A stretch of DNA of 64,000 nucleotides from Takakia lepidozioides (taxonomy: Eukaryota; Plantae; Bryophyta). The stretch covers positions 15,748,001 to 15,812,000 of the forward strand of contig CM060734.1 of the NCBI GenBank assembly GCA_030704615.1, read 5' to 3'. The notes under the pieces are model-generated. The model was given only the letters and a program-made list of their open reading frames with translations, was not told the DNA's origin and searched no databases. Of the stretch, positions 25,405 to 37,100 are shown one piece after another (the first letter of the stretch is position 1; every line of letters begins with the position of its first letter). The position numbers and the translations under genes were made by a program.

Positions 25405-27265
25405 CGATGGAATTCCGGCGCCGGGCAGGTAATTCGGAGCGCCGAATTTCCATCCAGGTAGGCGGCGCTGGAAATTTCCCTCACGCAGGTAATTCGGAAT
25501 CGCGCGGATGGAAATCCGGCGCCGAATTTCCATCCGCACAGGTAGGGCGTCGCGCCAAATTTCCTTCACGCAGGTAATTCCGAAGCGCGCAGATGGAAAT
25601 CCGGCGCCGGATTTCCATCCGCGCAGGTAGGGCATCGCGCCAAATTTCCCTCACGCAGGTAATTCGAAGCGCGCGGATGGAATCCGGCGCCTAATTTCCA
25701 TCCGCGCAGGTAGGGCGTCGCGCCAAATTTCCCTCACGCAGGTAATTCGGAAATGGAAATCCGCGCCGAATTTCCATCCGGCAGGTAAGTGGAATACCGG
25801 ATGAATGGAAATCGGCGCCGAATTTCCATCCGGCAGGTAAGTGGAATCCCGGATGGATGGAAATTCGGCGCCGAATTTCCATCCGCAGGTAAGTGGAATC
25901 CCGATGGATGGAAATTCGGCGCCGAATTTCCATCCTGCAGGTAAGTCGGATCGCTGGCGTATGGATATTCGGCGCCGAATTTCCATTCGCCATGTATTTC
26001 ATCGCTAAGAATTACCTTCCTGCAGGTAATTCAGAATTACCTTCTGAAGGTAATTCTTCAGAATTACCGGCATCGATAGGAATTACCTGCAGGAAGGTAA
26101 TTTCATCTGCGAATTACCTGCACGAAGGTAATTCTCATCTGGGAATTACCTGCAGGAAGGTAATTCTGAGCGATGAAATTCATGGCGAATGGAAATTCGG
26201 CGCCGAATATCCATACGCCAGATCCGACTTACATGGATAATTTCGTTCCATCCGGGATTCCACTTACCTGCTGGATGGAAATTCGGCGCCGAATTTGGAT
26301 CCATCCGGGATTCCACTTACTGCCGGATGGAAATTCGGCGCCGAATTTCCATCCATCCGGGATTCCACTTACCTCCAGGATGGAAATTCGGCGCCGAATT
26401 TCGTTTCATCCGGGATTCCACTTACCTGCCGGATGGAAATTCGGCGCCGAATTTCCATCCATCCGGGATTCCACTTACCTTCCGGATGGAAATTCGGCGC
26501 CGAATTTCCATCCATCCGGGATTCCACTTACCTGCCGGATGGAAATTCGGCGCCGAATTTCCATCCATCCGGGATTCCACTTACCTGTAGGATGGAAATT
26601 CGGCGCCGAATTTCCATCCGGGGGATGGTCTCTGTCGGAGAGGTGCCGCCTCTCCGCCGCTCTGTTGGATATTCGGTGCCGAATTTCCGTCGGGGTTGAA
26701 ATATGACGGCCAGGTGCCGACCTCTCCCCCCTCCCCGACTGCATTGGAACGGCCCCGGATTGAAATTCGGCGCCGTTTTCCCATGTGGGGAGGTTTTTAT
26801 GTCGGCCAGTTTTCGGTCTGACCCCCCGAAAAGACTTCCTTTGGGGGGGACCGGATGGAAATTCGGCGCCGAATCTCCATCCAGGGGATGCTCTCTGTCG
26901 AACACGTGCCGACCTCTACGCCCGAGGCGACTTCATCCGGGCGTCCCCTGTTCGATATTCGGTGCCGAATTTCCGTCCGGGGGTTGAAATGTGACGGCCA
27001 AGTGCCGGCGACTCCCCCCTCCCCGACTGCATCTGAACCGCCCCGGATGGAAATTCGGCGCCGTTTTTCCATCTGGGGATGTTTTTATGCTGTCCAGTTT
27101 TCGGCCTGACCCCCCGACACGACTCCCTTTGGGGGGCCCGGATGGAAATTCGGCGCCGAATCTCATCCAGGGATGTTCTCTGTCGCACACGCGCCGGCCT
27201 CTGAGCCCGAGGCGACTTCATCCGGGCTTCCCCTGTTGGATATTGGGTGCCGAATTTCCATTCGG
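25405..27265. promoter_or_regulatory. Mirror-symmetric intergenic region between the divergent genes, built of arrays of the 30-bp palindrome GGATGGAAATTCGGCGCCGAATTTCCATCC (putative bidirectional promoter or protein-binding array)
   Basis: Palindrome repeated in ~53-bp units (26431, 26484, 26537, 26590) and in ~80- and ~290-bp units. 25955-25994 is inverted at 26181-26220 around a hub of GAATTACC/GGTAATTC repeats. The regulatory role is inferred from position. Confidence 0.7.
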
Positions 27266-27562
27266 GGGTAGTAATGTGACGGCACGGTGCCGACTTCTCC
27301 CTTCAGCCGTCATCATCCGGACGGCCCCCACTTTCTGACTGCATACCGTTGGCAGTTATTGCGCAAAGACCAGGGGCCGCATTCCGGAGACAAGGTTCAT
27401 TAACACTCTGACTGTGTATTTTTGAGATAGTTGGCTCCCTGGATTTGGATCAGGCTTCGTCGCTCGGACAAATCGGCATCGCATTCATTCCCATCGCTGC
27501 ACCCCCTTCTACCAGGGAGCTTCCCAGCACGCCATCCTGGCAGTCTTGTGTGCACATCTCCC

Positions 27563-30500
27563 ATGGCGGAAAACCCGAGCGCTACAGTGTACTGCCCTCC
27601 TCACGAGCATAGAGCTTCATTTCCGTGCAGAGGGGACACCTGCCGGGTGATGGAGAAATATTTGTGCGTTCGATACCACCTGAAACCGGGGTCGGTTTTT
27701 TTGGAGGAGGAAAGGAAGGACTCTAACGGCCTTGTTGTTGAGAGTATTGTTGTGCTCCACGATGATTTCGGCGATGGCAGGGAATGGCGAGTTCCACCAT
27801 CGGACAACGTCATATACAGGGCTGTTGGGGACTTCATTTGCCCGCCAAATGCACCTTCTATCCTGGCGCCTTCCATGAAACAATCCGCGAATCAGAGAGT
27901 GGCTACCTCAAAGAGAGAAGTCCGCAATGAAGTAAATCCAGAGCCGAACCCATCCATGAAGACGAGCGAGAACCGGGTTGTTCACAACCTGTCCGACTCA
28001 GACGAGGTCATGGAAGTTCCGAGGTCGTCCTGGAGATCAGGCAAGTCCTCAATGGACGTCAGTGGAGGAGGGAGTCATATTCCCAGCACGAGCACCGCAG
28101 TTCTGCGAGGGCTTCACCTGGAAGGACACCGGTCGGAGCTGGCCGGGCTGGACTACAGCAAGTTCGCAATTAAATCGGTTATGCTTTCCCGCCGACGTCG
28201 ACGGTAATATCTTCTTTGAGTTCCCTCCTCGGGCGGACTACTCGAGGGCGTCCGGAATGTTGACAGATATGGATAGAAAACCTGACGGTCATCCTTGGTG
28301 CGTTACCAAAACCACCAGCATGAAGATGCTCGATGGTGTGCGGGTGCGCTACGTTGTTTGTGCGGGCGCGTTGCGGTGTTTCTCCCCAACTTGCTTCCAC
28401 TTTAAATCCAGAGGTCACAGGAACGAGACCGATTGGACAGGCACAGCTCACCAACCATTTCGAGCTCAGGAGAAGGTTCCAAACTCCACATTTAAGTGTG
28501 CGCATTGCAAAGAACCACCACACTGCATGTCTGTTTGTAATGCCAAGCAGTTCTATGTGTTGCACCGTTTCCCTGACCTCACCCGAGCTTGCATACACGT
28601 TGGTTCCCATTGTCACAAATTGGCGAGGGGGAACTCGTGGGAGGCTGCCCACGAAGCAGAGCAGCTCGTTCAGGAGGAGGTTAAGTTGAGATCGGGTGCC
28701 AAATCCAAACAGATACAGCTCCAAGCCGCCCATAAGATGGCATTGGCCAGAATTATGTCGGAAGACGGCTCCGATAGAGTTCCTCTCGACGAGAAGGAAA
28801 TGGAGGCATTGCTGGAGTCGGTGTCCCATGTATGTTCACCGAATGTCCGAAACCACATTGTCTCATGCAAACAGAAAATTGGGCGTGGCTCGGATATGCA
28901 CTCCATTCTGGAGGTGAAGCGACGATGTGGATATGACTACATTCATGGAAGGAGGGTTTCCAGGACAAGGGATTGAGGCAGATCGTTGTTTCGTATTCAA
29001 AATGTCCACGTGTGGACCTGGCAGCGGCGTCGAACTGGTCGACAGGATGACGAGTGGGAACTTGTCAAACAGTTGGGTCATGTTCGACCATATCAAGCGA
29101 ATTACAAATCACCAGTGGGTGACAATGGGTGCACATGTCTACGACACCCACTGCAGGATGCTAATGACAATTGCTATTTGTGAGATGAAAGGAGAGGACA
29201 CACAATCGGAGATGCTTCTTTGGCAGGGAATAAACCAACAGATGGCCAAGGCGGGATCGCCCCCTCCCAATTTCCGTGGTTTCATGGCGGACAACGCACA
29301 AGCAAATTGGGCTGCCATCCGAAGGGTGTACGGGCAAGACCCCAATGAACCCATGGAAGGCAAGGAGAGATCTTGTGGGTTCCATTTTCTGCAGAGCCTT
29401 TCGCAGTACACAACCAGGCTCGTGGCGCCAGATTTCAGAGAGGAGCACCATTCCATGTGCCTTGCGTGGAAGCGCGCTCCCACCTTGGATGATGCAGAGA
29501 CACAGTTTGCATGCATACGGGCTTGGTGGACATCGTCAGGTGTTGTAAGGAAATCAGACGAGGGAGCAATGGTCAGTTGGCTAGCATGGTGGCATTATCG
29601 TTTCCTCCAGTTCGGCGACTATATGCGGGAGGTGAGTTGCACGAATTCGCGTCCCGTTGAATATTATTCTTGGCCATATTTGTAACTTGCTTGTAACCTG
29701 AACATGTGCTTGTGCAGGAAATGTGTCTCGACTCCGACACCGACATGCCCACGACAAACATGGCCGAATCAGTGCACTCTTCCTGGTGTGCCTCCTCTGC
29801 GGCGCATCTGGTGGACATCCTCACTGCCACAACGGAGGACATTGTGAGGTCAATTATGCAGCAATGCATGTACAACGAGTTCTTGAAAGGGAAACAGTGG
29901 GGCTTGGGGCCAGACAGGCATGAAATGCTGATGCGGACTGCCTCTAGATCGAAGAATCCTCGGAAGTGGGCGGCGGCCTTGCGAGAGGGCCTTCGGGACA
30001 CGCCATTGCTGCGAAGAGGCCAACATTTGGAAGGAGATGTTCATACCCGTCCAGTGAGACGAAGACTTGACGAGGCACCTGGTGGAGAAGAGGATTCATG
30101 GCGAGCTGACAAGAATATTTGCACGCTCCCTCGTGGTCCCGTGATGTTGCCCGAGGAGGTCTCGTCGAGCACCGCAAGTCCTGCACGTTCAAGATCGCCA
30201 TCTCCTTTGAGCACAGGGCGCGTGCCCCGGCAACATAACGAGCCATCTGTAGTAAAGCAGTACAACATTCCCATTGTGGAGACAAGAGTGTCGGAGTCAT
30301 AGTGGAGAATTGTGAGGACATTGTCGGCATCTCGAGGGAGGTGCTGCGCCATCCGGGTGGATACGAGAGCACGCTGTGGTGAGATGATTCGGAGGAACCC
30401 ACACAGTGCTGTACCTGCACCTTGTTTCAGCGGCAGATTTTTGACTCCCACATTTGCTCATGCCACAACGCAGACATTTTGGTTCTGTAGGCACGACATA

Positions 30501-31136
30501 ATGACCTGTGTATTTGGCAAGCCCAAGTACGGGATTCAGGGAATGCCGGAGCCTCTGGGCGTCTGGCCTGTTGCACCGGGTTGCAGCCTCTCTCAGAATG
30601 AGGCGGATGCTCTATCTGCAGCAGGATTTTGAATGGTGCAACGCACAGACATCCTGGCCCACGCATTTCCGGTTCCTTAGACCCAGCCATTGCAGACTGC
30701 TCGGTCCAGTAGAGACGGATTGGACAATTCTGCACATCCCACAATGCGATTCGGAAGAGTGAAGAGACGACACCCTCCCAACAAGTTGAATGAGACTCGG
30801 ATTGCCAATGCTCTTGGGATGGCTTGCACTATTCAGAGCTCCGTGGACGTACCCCCACCCGGCCTTGGGCGTGTGTATCGGATGGCAACGGCCGGCTCGG
30901 CTGTACGCGACGATGTATACACAATTACGATTGGAGTGGAGCCGACTTGCAATTGTACGAACTTCTCGTTGATGGAAGCAAAGAAGGGTTCGAAGTATTA
31001 TCCGTGCAAACATCTGTATTACATTTACCTGAAGAGGTTGAGGATGAACGTGACTATTGATGACTTTATTCATGCACCGGCGTTGAGCGTGAACGAGCTG
31101 CACAAACTCCTCCTTAGGGATTCCAGAAATCATTGA
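27563..31136 (+). pseudogene. MULE (Mutator) transposase: GCM/WRKY-like Zn finger, DDE domain, SWIM finger; one intron 29632-29717; ~1,170 aa if repaired
   Basis: Cys/His cluster CAGALRC...CAHC...C...HVGSHCH. Catalytic D in VMFDH, D in GFMADNAQA, MULE CxxH in RSCGFH, E in TTNMAESVHS. SWIM CNC...PCKH. GTGAGT...TGCAG intron. Disabled by frameshifts near 28180 and 28950 and stops at 30300 and 30630. Confidence 0.9.
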
Positions 31137-31289
31137 TGGGGCAAACGGAATCCTCCATATGGATATTTTTAAATGCATTTTGCTGTATCAGACTTTTTTT
31201 TTGCAGTGTAATGAAATGCACCCCAAAACTCCTGGAATGAGGCAATATTCCATTCAAACTGAGATCCAACAGAAGCAGTTGTGGGGCCA

Positions 31290-31660
31290 TTTCTGGAAAA
31301 ATGGCGCCGAATTTCTCTTTTTGGGGCCGAAAACTGGCTAAGTCCCAACATGCACTGGTACCGTGTCTGGAAAAATGGCGCCGAATTTCTCTTTTTTGGG
31401 CCGAAACCTGGCTAAGTCCCAACATGCACTGGTACAGTGTCTGGAAAAATGGCGCCGAATTTCCCTATTTTGCGCCGAAAACTGGCTAAGTTCGAACATG
31501 CACTGGAAAAATGGCGCCGAATTACCTGTCATGAGGGGACCTATAGCCGCGGAATTCGGCACCATTTTTCGCCAGAGAGACCTATTACCGTGAAATACGT
31601 CGCAGTTTTTTTAGGTTACGGACCCTATTACCGCGAAATTCGGCGCCATATTTGCACATG
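31290..31660. repeat. Right subterminal array, ~74-bp unit with GGAAAAATGGCGCCGAATT and GGCTAAGTCC
   Basis: CTGGAAAAATGGCGCC at 31293, 31367, 31441 and 31503. Confidence 0.9.
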
Positions 31661-31849
31661 TCGCTGGGAATTGGCATGAGCGGAAGACGAAATATCATGA
31701 GCACAACTGTCAAAACTGCAATTTTCCCTTCAAGGGGCCGAATAATATATTTGTTTTTCCTGACACATTGCATTAAATTATTGTTTTTTATTGTTTTTTA
31801 TTTTCGAAATTTGTACTTCTGCTCATGAAAACCGATTGTGTTACTACTC

Positions 31850-31895
31850 TGCTCATGCCGCTCATGCCGCTCATGCTCATGAAATAGCAAACCTC
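31850..31895 (-). repeat. Right terminal inverted repeat
   Basis: GCTCATGCCGCTCATGCTCATGAAATAGCAAACCTC is the imperfect reverse complement of the left end. Homology to element sequence stops exactly here. Confidence 0.88.
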
Positions 31896-34135
31896 TCTAC
31901 TTCTTAACAAGAGCTTGTTGACAAGATAAGAGGTAAGACGGAAAACGCATGACTCTATATTCTCGCCAAGTTTGATTTATGCTATGCCAATGTTCACTCG
32001 TGATCTGAGGGCAGAGAGAATGTAGACCTTTTATCTTTTTGGTATTCAAGTCCAAGGACAGAACTACATTGTAGAGGGAGAGCCTTATGAGAATGGGTCC
32101 GGTATGCACTCCCTTATGGGGTGAGTGCATACCACACTCACTCCATAAGGGACTGCCATACCAGGGGTTGGATGGTGGGCGCCCCCTCTCTCCAATTATC
32201 TGTTTGGGATTAACAATTATTTTCCTAAGCCTACCTGGTTTGGAAATACCTTCTTTCTAATCCCTAATGGAATATGTTTTGAATTTCATCCATACCGGAT
32301 GAAAAATATGCCAGGTATAATCCCTGACTGGATGAATTATTGTCTCGAGCCTTACCACTAAGGATGTAGCCTGCAATTTTTCATCCATGACGGATTACAT
32401 CCATCCTGGATGCTACCCTGACGGATGTAAACCTAAGAGGATGTAACTCTAATGAAGTGCAACATTTCATCCCAGTGGATGAAATCGCGGGATGGTTTGC
32501 TAACCGCCTCTCTGCCCTAAGCACGGCACGATACTCGTGCTTGTTTTCTCTGGAGGATGGCGATGGCGGCTGAGCTGAGTGCTCCAGCATCACGATGCGC
32601 GTGCATTTTGTTTTTTCTTGCGCGATGGCGGCAGACTCTTCCATTTCCCGCACTGGCAAATGACCTATTGCTGTGTTTGCCTGCAATCTTTCTTATTCGT
32701 GAAGCAGCGGCGCTCATAAGGTGATGGGGGAAGTATCATGCACTTTGTAAAATATGCAATTTGTCCTCAAGTATCCCAATTTGTTGCATTCTGCTGTGAT
32801 CTCTTGAGATTCAGGTGTTGAATGCCGCAGCGTCCCACTCCACAAACGATTAAAGTTCTTTGTGGTGTCGCATCTATGTTTTACTTTTGATCAATTTGCT
32901 CACTGTAGAATGCATGTTGGACATGGATAGCAACTGTGAAGACCTGCTACTCACCTCGTGCATCCTCACTGACACACATCTTGATGTGGTGGTTTTTGGG
33001 ACGGGCACAGGTGAGGGTCTTCACTGGATGTGTATTTTTTCAGTTTGCAGATGATCAAAGGACTTGGCGATGGTGACGATTGACGCTACATACTGCTTCA
33101 GTGGGGCATCTGATACGATTCGGCCTCTCAACCTTAATCCTTTTTGGTTTTTATGGGTTGTGACCTGATTATAAGTCAGTTTTCTGGTATGATACCAGTC
33201 TGAACTTTGGCACCATATTAGTGGGGTTTTCAACCTGATTGTAAATCAGTTTTCTGGCATGATACCAGTCTGAGCTTCGGGTGCATTTTGATATGGTGCT
33301 GGAGTACCATCTCCAGACCTTATAAGGCTATCCAATGATGCTTGAGATAGGCCTTCTTATGCTGATTTAACACGGTAAGTACCAAGCAATACTTTTTGAA
33401 CATTGAGGTCAGAGTTCTAAATTTAAAACAGCCCTGGTTACACTGTTCTAACTTGGAGATTACCAAGCAGCTAGCGTGATGGGCTTTTCAGATTACATAA
33501 CACCTGTTTTAAGGTTGCGAACCATCCTTTGAATTTGAAACAAGTTCAGTTTTACTATGTTAACTTGGAAAGTACGAAGCTGTACTTGACTTGGAAGAAT
33601 ACCAAGCAGTGGTCTTGTTGGGCTTTTTCAAAATACATAGGGGCTGGTTTAACTTATCAAACTAGCCTTTTGGAATACCCTTTGAGCTGGTGTTGTCTAT
33701 AAAGTTCTGATTATGCTCATTGTAGCACTCCACTCTGATTGAGTTTTGGAGATCGATGATTGGAAAACCAGATCCAGACCTTTGTGCATTCATGGAACAT
33801 AGACATAGCATGTTGGCTGGTCTACATTATCAGGCTGGGCTCTTGGAATTGCAACACCTGCAACTCATTCTCAAAGGCTCAAGTGTTTATGTTGATCTGG
33901 TATGTACCAAAGGTGGTGTTTGTCCCGATTGTTTTATAAGAAAAACAAGACTCCTTCAATGATGAATGACATCTGAATCTAGGGCGATGGTTGTCTTGGA
34001 AATCCCACCCTCCCACCCTAATTTTTTTTTCATGTGTTTTCAGGAAGATGACACGAGTTTTTATCAGGTAAGATACTGCCTATGGAAGGTGAAGTTAGAT
34101 AGTGCCTTGTTATGAGGCTGATTTGTCGTTGATTT
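31896..34135 (-). repeat. Inverted segmental duplicate of ~8954-11207
   Basis: Starts TCTACTTCTT (the reverse complement of AAGAAGTAGA ending at 11207). Identical small ORFs appear on opposite strands, e.g. 9857+/33021- and 9128-/33756+. Confidence 0.95.
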
Positions 34136-34176
34136 ATTTTACTTCCCTTAGAGAGAGACGCAGAGCAAGAGAGAAA

Positions 34177-37100
34177 ATGACGAGGCGTCGTTTGTTGGAG
34201 AACACAGGGCCAAGGCAGCAGGTGAACGCGGAGACTGATTCACAAGAGCAGACGGAGACTGAGGCAGCGGCTGTGACACAGTCGGCGATAAGAGTGCGCC
34301 AGCCTGTGGAGGCAGAGATGATTCGCAGGGACACTGAAGGAGGTGGAAGCACGCGGAACGCCGAACCGGGAGAAGGTCAAGAAACCCTAGCGCAGACAGA
34401 AATTCCAGTAGATGTGAGAGGGAAGAGGAAAGCTGCAGAAGGGGATCAAATTTCAAAACCTAAGAAGGTGCCAGTAAGTTTTATCTAACTTACATTTCAT
34501 TGTTGAAGATATGCGTAGAGATTGAGTGGAATGTCCCAGACAGGGATTGTCGCTACCGACCATCACAAAGGTGATTTGCTTTCTACTTCTCTGCGAAGGG
34601 TTTACAGCACAATGAGTTGGTGACTATCGGTACAGTCATTCACTGGTGTTCAGATCATACAGTCTGTCTGATTGCCTTTCAAGGAGTCCTTCCTCTTCCC
34701 TTCTTTAGCAGGAACTACTGAATTGCGAGCGTCGTTAACGCCATTCGATTCTCCTCATGAGATTTATGTACCTATGTGTTTGAAGAGAGAGTCTGCACTT
34801 ACTATCCGTCCTAAACTACACTGAATGTCGTTGCCGCCAATCAGTTGCACATGTATGTCATTACACAACACCGATCCGGCAGGTCGTTATCTTTTGTGAT
34901 TGTCGTTAACGCCGTTCGCTATCGCTCTCGCTTTTGTTTTGAATACGGCAGTCTCAGCTTTGCTTGTGTAGATTGTGCTGAATTCTTTCACACCATTCAT
35001 GGTGAGTTTCCTTGAGACAGAGTGATGGTCGTTACCGCCATTCACTATTTGCAAATCACTCAGTCAGAACTGAATGGCATCGTGCAGAAAACTGTGAGGT
35101 CGAAGCCTACAGGATCAGAGGGGAAAGGATCTGGAGATGGGGACGAGTCCGCAAAAGCTCAGAGAATACAGATGAAGCATATGAATCCGAAGTGCACTAC
35201 CTTGACAAGGTGAAAGAACTCATGTCATTCTAGAAGGTAAACTCTCAAGAGGTTATAAGGGACATGCTTGTATCTGGAGGGCGTCTGGACATACCTCTGT
35301 GCCGGATGATATCAATGCCTGTTGTGCGTCCACCTCTTTCCCATGACATAACAAAATTGGAGAGTGATTTTGTGCATGGATATAGACTTGGTGCACAAGT
35401 TTTTTATGTGTCACTGACGGATATAAATGGGAAAAGCACATTAGTGTCTCTAGAGATCAGTGATAACTGGGATGAGTGCTGGAAAGATGCCAATGAGGAG
35501 TTCGAGCTGGGCCTCATGATGGGAAAGAACACCCAGCAATTCTGCAACCACATGTTCTACGTCTGGGACGGCAACCACCGATTGCTGGCATGGATGGGAT
35601 ACATTCAGAAACACCATTCGAAAGACAAAGACAAGCATGTTGCTGTGGAGGCAATGGTTTTGGATCCTGGAAACGACATCGCTAGGCTTCTTACAGCTAT
35701 GCACGACGTGAACAAGTAAGTCATCCAGGAGATTTCATTCCGTCTGTAGTGTCTTATTAATCCTCAAAAAACAGTGTTAAGGAATGCAATGTTTCCAATG
35801 TTTTTGCAGACCGACAGAGAAATCGCATGTGACAACAAGCTTGGTTCACACACTATTCCGAATTCAGAGGATTGGTCTAATGAAGCTGGATGATTTTCGG
35901 ACAGTACTACCACCCAATATCATCAAGAAGTGCGAATCAGGAAGAGCTGCAGGCACTTGGTATTCTTTGACACAAGAGGCGTTTCTGGAGTACATGTATG
36001 CGGTAAGCCCGAGTCTGTACTCTGTTTACTTTTTGAATACATGTTTGTAGTCCCTTCGGAGCTAATCACTACTTGAATCAATGCAGCAAGAACTGTCAGA
36101 GGCAGCTGAGAAGGGAAAATCCGAATATTACCGCACTACACCAGAAGAACTAAGGACATCAAAGGGTGTGGAAGCTGCAATAAAGAAGGAGTTTGAAATG
36201 CGAAGAACCAAATTGATGTCCGCCTTCGGAAAGCAGCTTAGAATAGTAGATCCTGGACTTGGTCTTGAGTTCCTTCAGCAGATCAAAACACACTATGACA
36301 AGCATGTGCATCCGGAGATGCAGCAGGAGAAACTGCACCGGCTGGCCATATCGATGGTCGACCCACAAACAAAAATAAGGTGGCTGGAGATATGGAACTC
36401 AGATCAAACAGTAAAGGACTTGAATCAGTTCCCAAAGAGCACCATACAACCTGGCACAAAGGTGGAAGGAATCAGTGATTTGGTGTTTGATAACTGGCTC
36501 CACAAGGCTACATTTTGGAGTCAGGTGTGTATTCAAACATGCTGTTTTCTTCTCTTCAAGTATGTGATGAGTATCTTATTTGCAATTCTGACAAATATAC
36601 TATTTGCAGCTCAAAAAGCGCGCCGTCATTGTGCTAGATCAGACTTTGAAGGACCTGAACATTTCGATTGTTTCCCCTCCCCAAATGTCATTGGAGGCAT
36701 ACATAAGGAAGTGGAGAGGTCTCACCTGGAGATACTGTTTTTTCCGGGAGTTCTCCAAAGATGGTAACATTTTACGGTCCAACGACTTTGACAGTCAGGT
36801 TGGAGGAGAGTGGGCCATGATGCGAGTTGTGTACAAGTGCAATGTCATACTTGAAACTCTACTATTTTTTTTGGGAAAAAATGTGGCTTCATATGGATTG
36901 CAATCTTAGATCCAGATTGAATGTCGTTGACGACATTCACTTCTTTGTCTGAGTCATTCTTAAGCGAGTATATGAATTCACCTAGTTAGGATCTAAGGGT
37001 GCAATTATATTGTCCCTGATTAGAATTGATAATGTCCTTGAATGGCGTTGACGACATTCACATACGGAGTTGTTGAGAGGTCCTCAGAGTTATGTAAATT

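Larger units (their letters stand above)
20652..31895 (+). mobile_element. MULE copy B: lacks the left ~1.9 kb; includes central arrays, transposase and right TIR
   Basis: Begins at the sequence equivalent to 13894 via CGCC microhomology and ends ...GCTCATGAAATAGCAAACCTC at 31895. Confidence 0.92.

Noticed and set aside
25780-26590. Arrays of perfect splice donors CAGGTAAGT
   Set aside because: They point toward the hub, antisense to both outward transcripts, with no matching exons. They are more simply part of the repeat unit.
25405-27265. CRISPR-like array of 30-bp palindromic repeats
   Set aside because: Spacers are themselves repeated, unit lengths vary, there are no cas genes, and the context is intron-containing eukaryotic DNA.
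12005-31895. A single intact 20-kb element
   Set aside because: The flanks do not form a TSD (CCAGTGCA versus TCTACTTC), and the interior is a composite of copy A, an inverted fragment and copy B.
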